This document shows, in pieces, positions 56,356-64,000 of a stretch of DNA of 64,000 nt. The position numbers and the translations under genes were made by a program. Numbering within the stretch: the first letter of the stretch is position 1; each line of letters opens with the position of its first letter. This stretch comes from Candidatus Omnitrophota bacterium (GTDB lineage Bacteria; Omnitrophota; Gorgyraeia; Zapsychrales; JANLHA01): positions 7,965 through 71,964 of the forward strand of contig JAKQKX010000023.1 in assembly GCA_029560465.1 (NCBI GenBank), in the 5' to 3' direction. The notes beneath the pieces are model-generated. The model had not been told where the DNA came from. It was given only the letters and a program-made list of their open reading frames with translations, and searched no databases.

Positions 56356-57024
56356 TTAAGAATGTGTGCTGGAAGCTGATGTTTCACTAATATGGCACAA
56401 CAAGTTGACTAATTCTGTGGCCCCGCGCTCCATGTCCAGGATAAATGTGTTGACGCGGCTCACCAGGTAATTATAGACCACGAAGACCGGGATCGCCACG
56501 GTCAGACCGGCAACCGTTGTCAGGAGCGCCTCCCCGATCCCCCCGGCCAGTTCTCCGGGCGTGACCGGGTTCATCGTCTCGGCCAGGCCTTTGATCGTGT
56601 AAAAACATCGTGTCATTCCGGTCACCGTCCCGAATAGCCCTAGAAGGGGTGAAATGTGGGCTATCGTCGCAAGCGCGGTGAAGCGTTTTTCCAGTTTTGG
56701 TATTTCAAAAAGACTCACGTCCTCCATCGCTTCTTTAATCGCTTCCCGGGAAGACCCGTATTGGAGAATGCCCGCTTTTAATATCTGGGCCAAGGGGGAC
56801 GGGTCTCGGTCGCACTGAGCAATGGCTTCCTTGATTTTGTTATTTTTGATGAGAGTAAAAACCGTGTGTTTAAGCTTATTGGGGTTGGAGCTGATACTGG
56901 CAAAATAGACCAATTTGCCTATAATGATCCCGACCGCTATGACCGAACAGATGCCAATTGGTATCATGATCGGGCCACCGGCCAGTATCAGTTCTCCAGC
57001 GTTGATTTCCCATGATCCTCCCAT
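56356..57024 (-). CDS. MotA/TolQ/ExbB proton-channel protein
   Basis: Three TM helices. LGLFGTVTGMTRCF signature. 222 aa. Confidence 0.88.
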   Translation of the reverse strand: MGGSWEINAGELILAGGPIMIPIGICSVIAVGIIIGKLVYFASISSNPNKLKHTVFTLIKNNKIKEAIAQCDRDPSPLAQILKAGILQYGSSREAIKEAMEDVSLFEIPKLEKRFTALATIAHISPLLGLFGTVTGMTRCFYTIKGLAETMNPVTPGELAGGIGEALLTTVAGLTVAIPVFVVYNYLVSRVNTFILDMERGATELVNLLCHISETSASSTHS

Positions 57025-57060
57025 GCGATCCCTCCTTTGTGGTGACAGCCCTTTGGTTCT

Positions 57061-59628
57061 TTACGGGGAATAAGGTCGCGAGCCCGCCCCTTGTTGACTT
57101 ATAATATTCTTTCTGATCCAGTCCAGGCGTTCCTCCGCGTATTTGGTTTCTTCTGTCTTGTATTCCATAACCCGGGCATAGACGCGTTTCGCCTCCTCCC
57201 AGTTCTCCTGGTCTTCGAAGAGCCGCCCGATACGGAGATAGGCCTTAATGATCCATCCGGTTTCATGCGTGTAAAGGTACGGGATCCTGAAGTATTCCTC
57301 AACGGCTTTGTCGGTCATGTTTAAAAGTTCATAAGTATCGGCGATAGAAAACTGTAATTCAGCCGGTGAATATTCGCAGCGTGACGTGTAATGTGCTTTT
57401 GCGGCCTGGAGCGCTTCGGCAGCAGCCGGATAATTTTCTTGTTTCATATAGATCCCGGCCATTTTGATGAGCGCGTCACATTTAAAATTGGGAGCCAGTT
57501 GGCCGATCTTTTGGTATGTTTCCAAAGCTTCCGCCGGCGGGATGTCTTTGGAAAAAATGTCCGCGATCGCTAATTGGGCTTTGCCGAATATTTCTGGAGA
57601 CGCTTCCCGGGGGATTTCCTGATAATAACGGATGGCCTGATCATACGCGCCTAAAGCGGTATAGGCTTGGCCAAGTTCAAAATAAATGACATGAATTCTT
57701 GGCGAGGACGGGAATTGCTCGATGGCCCTTTTGTAGTGTTGTATGGCGGGTTCCAGCTCGTGGTGTTCAAGACTGTAGTTCCCCAGCCATAAAAGGGCTT
57801 CCAGCGAGGATTCCGTTTTGGCGTCATTTTGAATGATTGCTTCGAACTGGGCGAGGGCCTCGGCTGTCCGGCCCATTTGATAAAGGCATTTGGCAATGTT
57901 AAGCTGCGTGCCCTGAATCAAAGATGGCTCTTCTGGAAACAGGTGTTCGAGGGCCTGAAAGGTTTCAAGGGCTTTTTGATATTCCTTGAGATGGAAGAAC
58001 GCGAGCCCTTTGAGAAAATGGCTGTCCCGGGTCATGCTCTTATCGGTAGGATTCGTTGAAAGATATTGTGAGAGAAATTCAACCGCCTGGGGCATGTCAT
58101 TTTTCTTAAAATAAGCGACCCCGAGGTAATACGGGGCTTCATAGCTGTATTTGGAATTCGGGAAATTATTGAGAAGGCTTTTAAAGGATAAAATAGCCGT
58201 GTCTAGGCGTTGTGACTGGATCAAAGCGATCCCCAGCCGAAACTGGATATAATCTGTGTAGGCGCTGTCCGGATATTCCTTTAAAATTTTATCATAGATG
58301 GCAATGGCTTCTTTGAGATACCCGCTGTCCAGGTGGGCGTCTCCCATCTGCGTGAGCGCGCTGACTTTCACGATGTTGCTGTCACTTTGGGCAATAATGG
58401 TTTTGAATGTGCTCATGGATTTATCAAGGTCTCCGGATTTGAGATATGTCCAGGCTAACCCATAATAGGCTTTTTCCAGGAGTTCGCCTTTGCTTTTCAG
58501 CTTTTCGAGATCAATGATTGTTTGATATTCGCGGATGGCTTTTGGAAAATCCTGCTGTGTGTAATAGATGTTGGCGCGCCCGAGCATCGCTTCCATGGTT
58601 TTGCTGTTTTCCGGGAAAAGTTTGATGATGTTTGTGTAGGCTTCCAGGGCGGCAGGATACGCTTCGATGTGTGTGAAGAGGGTCGCTAACCCCCAGTAGA
58701 CATCGTCCGACAGGACATCCTGGCTAATCGCGAAATCCTCGGCTTCGAGAAAGTGGCGCTTTGACAAATCAAATTTTTCAAGCTTTAGATAACACCACCC
58801 CATGCTGACCCGGGCGATATAGACTATCTTGGGATCATCCGCGAGATCGGCCGCCTTCGCGTAGTATGCCATGGCGGTGAGATAATCCTGTTTGTAGAAT
58901 GTGGCTTCCGCCAGATAAAAAAGCGCTTCTGATTTATGAGGGGCATCGGGAAAGCGTTCCAGATACTTCTGGAATAACGGGATGGCCAGATCATAATGCC
59001 CTTGATTGTGCTCGCATTCCCCTGTTTTAAAAGAGGCGTCTTCTGTAAGGGGATGATCGGGGAACCGGGTGACGAGTCCGTGGAACTGTTGCCCGGCGTT
59101 ATCATAAGCTTTCTTCTCAAAAAAAGTCCAGCCCAAAGAATAGAGGGCTTGGGGGATAAAATCGGATTGGGGGTAGCTTTCTAAGACCTGCTGGTAATAA
59201 TGGGCGGCTTGATTATAATCGGACGCTTTAAAGTATGTTTCACCCAGCCAGAAGTACGTGGCGTCTTTAAGCACGTCAAAGGGCAACAGTTCTTTAAAAA
59301 CGGAATACGCCTGCAAGTACTGGTTTTTGAAAAAATGGCATTGGCCCAAAAGCAGTTTCGCTTGAACCAGTTTCTCAACGTCGGGATTGAGTTTCAGGAA
59401 CTGCTCGATATAACGGATGGCGACATCATAAAAGCCGTCATCAAACGCCCTTTGGGCGACCCAGAAAAGCTCTTGCGTGGAACTGCTCTCTTCTGCCTGG
59501 TCCGCCGCGCTGGCAGGGCCCCCCATGACAAGCGATAGCGCAATGATGAGGCTGGGCAAATATTTTGAATATTTATTGAAGCCGTTGTTCATAGCATAGG
59601 TCTTCCCGCTCATGATGAAGGACGCCAC
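57061..59628 (-). CDS. secreted tetratricopeptide-repeat protein (855 aa, about 20 TPRs)
   Basis: Signal peptide LSLVMGGPASAADQ. TPR-like 34-residue periodicity throughout (W/LG..Y, A...Y...L repeats). Confidence 0.8.
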   Translation of the reverse strand: MASFIMSGKTYAMNNGFNKYSKYLPSLIIALSLVMGGPASAADQAEESSSTQELFWVAQRAFDDGFYDVAIRYIEQFLKLNPDVEKLVQAKLLLGQCHFFKNQYLQAYSVFKELLPFDVLKDATYFWLGETYFKASDYNQAAHYYQQVLESYPQSDFIPQALYSLGWTFFEKKAYDNAGQQFHGLVTRFPDHPLTEDASFKTGECEHNQGHYDLAIPLFQKYLERFPDAPHKSEALFYLAEATFYKQDYLTAMAYYAKAADLADDPKIVYIARVSMGWCYLKLEKFDLSKRHFLEAEDFAISQDVLSDDVYWGLATLFTHIEAYPAALEAYTNIIKLFPENSKTMEAMLGRANIYYTQQDFPKAIREYQTIIDLEKLKSKGELLEKAYYGLAWTYLKSGDLDKSMSTFKTIIAQSDSNIVKVSALTQMGDAHLDSGYLKEAIAIYDKILKEYPDSAYTDYIQFRLGIALIQSQRLDTAILSFKSLLNNFPNSKYSYEAPYYLGVAYFKKNDMPQAVEFLSQYLSTNPTDKSMTRDSHFLKGLAFFHLKEYQKALETFQALEHLFPEEPSLIQGTQLNIAKCLYQMGRTAEALAQFEAIIQNDAKTESSLEALLWLGNYSLEHHELEPAIQHYKRAIEQFPSSPRIHVIYFELGQAYTALGAYDQAIRYYQEIPREASPEIFGKAQLAIADIFSKDIPPAEALETYQKIGQLAPNFKCDALIKMAGIYMKQENYPAAAEALQAAKAHYTSRCEYSPAELQFSIADTYELLNMTDKAVEEYFRIPYLYTHETGWIIKAYLRIGRLFEDQENWEEAKRVYARVMEYKTEETKYAEERLDWIRKNIISQQGAGSRPYSP

Positions 59629-62417
59629 GCATCCTTAAGGTATTTCCCCGTGTGAGAGTGCGGATCCCGGACAATATCCTCCGGAGGGCCGGCGAAAACC
59701 AATTCTCCTCCCTTATCTCCGCCCTCGGGGCCGAGGTCGATAATAAAATCAGCGTTTTTGATGACTTCCAGGTTGTGTTCAATCACAAGAACCGTGTTCC
59801 CCTTGCTGACGAGTCTTTGCAAAACGTTCAGGAGCTTATCGACATCCGCGAAATGCAGCCCTGTCGTGGGTTCATCCAGGATATACAGAGTTTGTCCCGT
59901 CGAGTGTTTGCAAAGCTCGGTCGCGAGTTTAACACGCTGGGCTTCCCCTCCGGATAAGGTTGTGGCGGGCTGCCCGAGTTTGATGTATCCTAACCCCACA
60001 TCGAATAAAGTTTGTAAAACATTGTTGATCCGAGGTATATTTTCGAAGAAAGACAGCGATTCGTCAACGGACATGTCGAGCACATCCGCGATGTTTTTAT
60101 CCCGGTAATAGACATCCAGGGTTTGGGTGTTGAAGCGCTTCCCTTTGCAGATTTCGCATTCCACATAGACATCGGGGAGAAAATGCATTTCAATTTTTTT
60201 GATACCGTCGCCGCTGCAGGCTTCACAACGCCCCCCTTTGACATTGAAACTGAACCGTCCCGGTTTAAATCCCCTTTTTTTGGAGGCTGGCGTGCGGCTG
60301 TAGAGCTCCCGGATATGACTGAAAACTCCCGTGTATGTCGCGGGGTTGGACCGGGGCGTGCGGCCGATCGGCGTCTGGTCAACCTCAATGACCTTATCGA
60401 TGTGCTCGACGCCTTTCATGTCCCGGAATTGTCCGGGTTTGTCGCGGGACTGGTAAAATTTTTGGGCGAGGGCTTTATAAAGGATGTCATTGACCAGAGT
60501 TGATTTCCCTGACCCGGAAACCCCGGTCACGCAGACAAAGACTCCTAAGGGGATGGAAATGTTGATCCCTTTCAGGTTATTTTCTTTGGCGCCGACGATG
60601 GTTAACCGTTTGGCATCCTTGATGGCCCGGCGCTGTGATGGAACGGGAATCTGTTTTTCGCCGCGTAGATACTGTCCGGTCAGGGATTCCGAAGAGCGCA
60701 ATAGGCCGGGGACATCCCCGGCATAGATGACCTTCCCCCCGAATTCTCCGGCGCCGGGGCCGAGATCAACGACGTAGTCCGCGGCGCGGATGGTGGCCTC
60801 ATCATGTTCGACCACGATTAACGTGTTTCCCATATCCCGCAAGGATTGCAGCGTCGATAAGAGGCGCTCGTTGTCTTTCTGGTGCAGGCCGATGCTCGGC
60901 TCATCCAGGATATAGACCACCCCAACCAGTCCGGACCCGACCTGGGTGGCCAAACGGATGCGTTCCGCCTCCCCTCCGGAGAGTGTGCCGCTTTTTCGGT
61001 CGAGGGTGAGGTACTCTAACCCCACATCCATGCAGAAATCGATACGGCGGATGATTTCTTTTATAATCGGTTCGCTGATGTGGGATTGTGTCCGGTTGAG
61101 TTCCAGGCAACTGAAATAGTTTCTGGTTTCCTTGATCGACATGGCACAGACTTGAGCGATGTTAAGGCCGTTGATCTTGACGGCGAGGGACTCTTTCTTG
61201 AGCCGGTTCCCCCGGCACGTCGGGCACGGCAAAACGGACATATAACGCGCGATCTCGTCCTTAAGCCAGTCGCTGTCGGTTTCCTCGAATAGCCGTTTGA
61301 GGTATTTTTGAATGCCTTCGAACGGTTTTCCCCAGATCAGATCCTCCGATCCTTCAAAAATAATTTTTTTGAACTTCGGGCTTAATTTACGGAACGGGGT
61401 GGCCGGGTCGATGTCATACAGGCCGGCGAGTTCTTTCATGACAGCCCGGTAATACATTAAATAATTCCTGCGGCCTTTACGCCAGGAAGCGATGGCGTTG
61501 ATCCAGGGCTTCGCTGGATCTTCAACGAGAAATTCCGGATCGATTTCCATCTTGGTCCCCAGGCCGTTGCAATCCGGGCAGGCTCCGTACGGGGAATTAA
61601 AGGAAAAAATCCGCGGCTCGATTTCAGCAAGATTAATCCCGCAGTCAACGCAGGAATAATTTTCACTGAATATTTTCTCCGGGTATTTGGGGCCGAAGTT
61701 GACCATGACGATCCCCTGCCCGACTTTCAGGGCTGTTTCCAGCGAGTCCGTCAGGCGTTTCCGGATGGAGGATTTCACGGACAGGCGGTCAACAACAATC
61801 TCGATATGATGGATTTTATACCGGTCCAGCTTGATCATGTCCGTTGTCCCGTAGATCACGCCATCAATGCGCGCGCGGACGAACCCCGCTTTGCTGATCT
61901 GTTTTTGGATGTCTTTATGTTCTCCTTTCTTCCCCCGGATGAACGGGGCGAGGATGATCAGGGGGGTTTCTTCTTCCAGGGCCATCAGCTGTTGGACCAT
62001 CTCTTCGATGGACTGCTGAGTGATTTTTTTGCCGCAACGATGACAGTAAGGCGTTCCTACCCTGGCAAACAAAACTCTCAGGTAGTCATAAATCTCTGTT
62101 TGGGTGGCGACGGTTGACCGGGGGTTATGGCTGATGGTTTTCTGCTCAATTGAGATTGTCGGAGAAAGGCCGCTGATGGATTCGACATTGGGTTTCTGCA
62201 GTTGTTCGAGGAACTGGCGGGCGTAGGCGGATAGACTTTCAACGTAACGGCGTTGCCCTTCCGCGTAAATCGTGTCAAATGCCAGTGATGATTTCCCTGA
62301 GCCGCTTAAGCCGGTGACAACGATAAACTGATTCCGGGGTAGCGTGAGGCTGACATTTTTCAGGTTATGTTCGTTTGCGTTCTTGATAACGATGGCTTCC
62401 GTGTGCATCCTGGACAC
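59610..62417 (-). CDS. uvrA: excinuclease ABC subunit A
   Basis: Two ABC modules (GLSGSGKSSLAFDT, GVSGSGKSTLVND). Zinc fingers CxxC. 935 aa. Confidence 0.95.
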   Translation of the reverse strand: MSRMHTEAIVIKNANEHNLKNVSLTLPRNQFIVVTGLSGSGKSSLAFDTIYAEGQRRYVESLSAYARQFLEQLQKPNVESISGLSPTISIEQKTISHNPRSTVATQTEIYDYLRVLFARVGTPYCHRCGKKITQQSIEEMVQQLMALEEETPLIILAPFIRGKKGEHKDIQKQISKAGFVRARIDGVIYGTTDMIKLDRYKIHHIEIVVDRLSVKSSIRKRLTDSLETALKVGQGIVMVNFGPKYPEKIFSENYSCVDCGINLAEIEPRIFSFNSPYGACPDCNGLGTKMEIDPEFLVEDPAKPWINAIASWRKGRRNYLMYYRAVMKELAGLYDIDPATPFRKLSPKFKKIIFEGSEDLIWGKPFEGIQKYLKRLFEETDSDWLKDEIARYMSVLPCPTCRGNRLKKESLAVKINGLNIAQVCAMSIKETRNYFSCLELNRTQSHISEPIIKEIIRRIDFCMDVGLEYLTLDRKSGTLSGGEAERIRLATQVGSGLVGVVYILDEPSIGLHQKDNERLLSTLQSLRDMGNTLIVVEHDEATIRAADYVVDLGPGAGEFGGKVIYAGDVPGLLRSSESLTGQYLRGEKQIPVPSQRRAIKDAKRLTIVGAKENNLKGINISIPLGVFVCVTGVSGSGKSTLVNDILYKALAQKFYQSRDKPGQFRDMKGVEHIDKVIEVDQTPIGRTPRSNPATYTGVFSHIRELYSRTPASKKRGFKPGRFSFNVKGGRCEACSGDGIKKIEMHFLPDVYVECEICKGKRFNTQTLDVYYRDKNIADVLDMSVDESLSFFENIPRINNVLQTLFDVGLGYIKLGQPATTLSGGEAQRVKLATELCKHSTGQTLYILDEPTTGLHFADVDKLLNVLQRLVSKGNTVLVIEHNLEVIKNADFIIDLGPEGGDKGGELVFAGPPEDIVRDPHSHTGKYLKDAWRPSS

Positions 62418-62496
62418 TCCGCAGTTTCCCGTAAGGTTATTTTACGAAATTAATATTATACAAGCGACTGATGATTAGGGGAAGAGTAATCTAAAA

Positions 62497-62534
62497 TAGC
62501 CCCTGTTATAAGATATAACAGGGGCTATTTTTTT
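62497..62534. terminator. bidirectional rho-independent terminator between the small basic-protein gene and uvrA
   Basis: Perfect 13-bp inverted repeat TAGCCCCTGTTAT-(5 nt)-ATAACAGGGGCTA at 62497-62527. T7 run at 62528-62534 on the plus strand; A4 run at 62493-62496 on the other side. Confidence 0.5.
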
Positions 62535-62546
62535 ACATAAACGATG

Positions 62547-62852
62547 CTATTTTCTTTTTGCGGTTTTCTTGGCAGGCTTCTTACTTTTCTTGGTTGAGGC
62601 TTTCTTTGTCGCTTTCTTTTTCTTCTTGGAACCGCCGCGGACCATCTTGGCGCAGGCGATATCCCCATTCTTGTCGATAAAATACAGGTAACCCGCCTCT
62701 TTTTTGATGCCGACTTTAGCGACTTTTTTCGGCTTTCCACCCTTTTTGCTTCCACGAGCCATGATCGCGCAAGAAACATCACCGTCTTTGTCTACAAAGT
62801 AAAGGTATCCCTTTTCTTTTTGGACTCCAACTTTAGCTACCTTTTTAGCCAT
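62547..62852 (-). CDS. small basic protein with tandem internal repeat and lysine-rich histone-H1-like tail (101 aa)
   Basis: KKVAKVGVQKEKGYLYFVDKDGDVSCAIMARG, then KKVAKVGIKKEAGYLYFIDKNGDIACAKMVRG, then KKKKKATKKASTKKSKKPAKKTAKRK. Strong Shine-Dalgarno AAGGAGGTGA 5 nt upstream of the ATG. Terminator follows. Confidence 0.6.
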   Translation of the reverse strand: MAKKVAKVGVQKEKGYLYFVDKDGDVSCAIMARGSKKGGKPKKVAKVGIKKEAGYLYFIDKNGDIACAKMVRGGSKKKKKATKKASTKKSKKPAKKTAKRK

Positions 62853-62884
62853 AGTTTCACCTCCTTTCTAATAAATATTTAAAA

Positions 62885-63730
62885 CTATGTGCCGATGCGA
62901 ACCCCACTGCAAAATTCTTTTAGTGTTTGGATAGCGGACAGCACGGCCAGATAACTCGTTTTCGGATTATCCGGGCAAATAACATTCTCAGTGCGGCTGA
63001 CCATATGACCAAAATCTCCTTGGATGTCAATTTCATGGGAGTTTATTGTATATTCTGGTGATGTCAGAATGCGGATTACGATTTTTGATTTTGCGTGTGA
63101 GGCGAGCGCCAGCGTGGCAGCGACATTGATGTTTCTTGGGAAAAGCCGTACGGCGTCATCAACGCTTCCTTCGAAAATACAAGTTTCTCCTGTTATGGCC
63201 CCGAGGTTGATCCCCTGGTCTTCGATATAGCGGTTTTGGGAGAACCCTGAAACCGGCTTCCGGGTGGTCAACGTGATTTTTTTAATTGGGGCCAGGGATG
63301 CGGACTTCACCGCGTCGATTCCCGCAACAGCCCCCGAAGGGATAAGGATGGCGCAGCCATTTTTAAGCGACAAAGCGAACAGGTCTTCCGCGTTGAGGAG
63401 CTTCCCGACGCTCATCGTGAGGACGTTTTTCCGGGACTCTAAAGCCTGTTGTATAAAGTTGCGCGTATCGGAGTTTATCGCTTCAACAAGGATGTCACAA
63501 TCCTGCAACAAAGCCGGGAATGATTCTTTGACGAGATTGTCTTGAGAAATGGATTGCTCGAGTTGAGCAGATTTTGATGTGTCGATGTCGTAAAGGCCGC
63601 TTAAAGAACATACTGGCTGCAATTCGTTCTTAATGCTGCGCGCGATTCTCGAGCCGATGGCCCCGCACCCTAGAACCGCTACTTTTTTAATTTTTCTGAT
63701 GTTTCCTACGTCCACAGAATTTAATTCCAT
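62885..63730 (-). CDS. nadX: L-aspartate dehydrogenase (NadX-like)
   Basis: Rossmann start KKVAVLGCGAIGSRIA. AspDH-like length (281 aa) and C-terminal region. Confidence 0.55.
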   Translation of the reverse strand: MELNSVDVGNIRKIKKVAVLGCGAIGSRIARSIKNELQPVCSLSGLYDIDTSKSAQLEQSISQDNLVKESFPALLQDCDILVEAINSDTRNFIQQALESRKNVLTMSVGKLLNAEDLFALSLKNGCAILIPSGAVAGIDAVKSASLAPIKKITLTTRKPVSGFSQNRYIEDQGINLGAITGETCIFEGSVDDAVRLFPRNINVAATLALASHAKSKIVIRILTSPEYTINSHEIDIQGDFGHMVSRTENVICPDNPKTSYLAVLSAIQTLKEFCSGVRIGT

Positions 63731-63753
63731 AGGATGAAAGACGCTGGATTTTT

Positions 63754-64000
63754 TTAGACCCGCAACAGAACATTATCAATCAACCGGGCCTTACCAAGCC
63801 GGACAGCCAGAGCCAGTAATACGGTACCCTGGATGATTTTAACCGGTTCTAACGTTTCGGCGTTAACACACATGACGTATTCAATATTTCCTTGAGGACA
63901 GCGGCTGTTTAGAAATTGTGCCATCATTTGAGTTAAGCGCCGGGGATCCTGTTCCCCCCGGCGGATTTCTGCTTCAGCCATTTTGAGCGTTTGATATAAG
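63754..64000 (-). CDS. C-terminal fragment of a gene continuing past the window end, possibly pantoate--beta-alanine ligase (PanC)
   Basis: The C-terminal ~75 aa (...CVNAETLEPVKIIQGTVLLALAVRLGKARLIDNVLLRV) resemble the PanC C-terminus (VDPETLxPV...ALLAxAARxGxTRLIDN). Only a fragment is visible. Confidence 0.35.
   Translation of the reverse strand, partial: LYQTLKMAEAEIRRGEQDPRRLTQMMAQFLNSRCPQGNIEYVMCVNAETLEPVKIIQGTVLLALAVRLGKARLIDNVLLRV

Noticed and set aside
62525-62782. ORF 62525..62782 (-) overlapping the tandem-repeat basic protein in another frame
   Set aside because: Frame-shifted reading of the Lys-rich codons (AAG/AAA runs give Arg/Lys-rich nonsense). It lacks the internal repeat and an RBS.
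1-64000. CRISPR arrays, restriction-modification, toxin-antitoxin, transposase or integrase genes, phage blocks
   Set aside because: No regularly spaced direct repeats. No ORF with methyltransferase, nuclease-defence, transposase DDE or tyrosine-recombinase motifs was found. Both tRNAs lack adjacent integrases. The window looks like core chromosome plus the filament/ExbBD block.

Overview
This 64 kb window looks like a contiguous chromosomal segment from a diderm bacterium. The lineage appears uncultivated or poorly characterised; I cannot assign a taxon from sequence alone. GC looks mid-range by eye.

The segment is densely coding. About 70 protein genes are almost all on the minus strand, many abutting or overlapping by a few nucleotides. 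Two tRNAs are present: a CAU-anticodon tRNA and tRNA-Ala(CGC).

Recognisable housekeeping blocks, in window order:
- dTDP-rhamnose genes rmlA-rmlD-rmlB followed by a GT2 glycosyltransferase.
- queH, nnr, acpS and pdxJ.
- A tilS-ftsH-folP-cdaA cluster.
- tsaD, yibQ-like and ctpA.
- gatCAB.
- The ksgA-pdxA-surA operon.
- A compact mfd, then secDF, yajC, rpsP and trpE.
- hisIFAHBD.
- alaS, htrA, recA and rsmE.
- uvrA and nadX.

The accessory-looking part is a roughly 15 kb block at 43.9-59.6 kb. It contains a type II secretion / type IV pilus-like filament machine:
- a GspL-like PilM-PilN fusion, then PilO/GspM-like and PilP/GspC-like proteins;
- a secretin, a GspE/PilB ATPase and a GspF/PilC platform protein;
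- five prepilin genes.

No retraction ATPase and no prepilin peptidase is present. Immediately upstream and apparently co-transcribed lies an ExbB/ExbD/TonB-like proton-motive-force module with a giant TPR protein. Two tiny cysteine-cluster membrane proteins sit between the two modules. A membrane-anchored pseudo-receiver domain protein is divergent to the pilin end of the block.

Other small oddities:
- a 49-codon CdaR-like stub after cdaA;
- a minimal Mfd with a D2-D4-D5-D6 domain layout;
- a bactofilin-HTH fusion next to an HTH-TM protein;
- a CxC/CC small protein;
- a GH16 protein with a PEP-CTERM anchor next to a secreted SNase-like nuclease;
- a tandem-repeat lysine-tailed small basic protein.

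I found no CRISPR array, restriction-modification system, toxin-antitoxin pair, transposase or integrase. All functional calls rest on motif and domain recognition by eye, with no database search, so product names are family-level.
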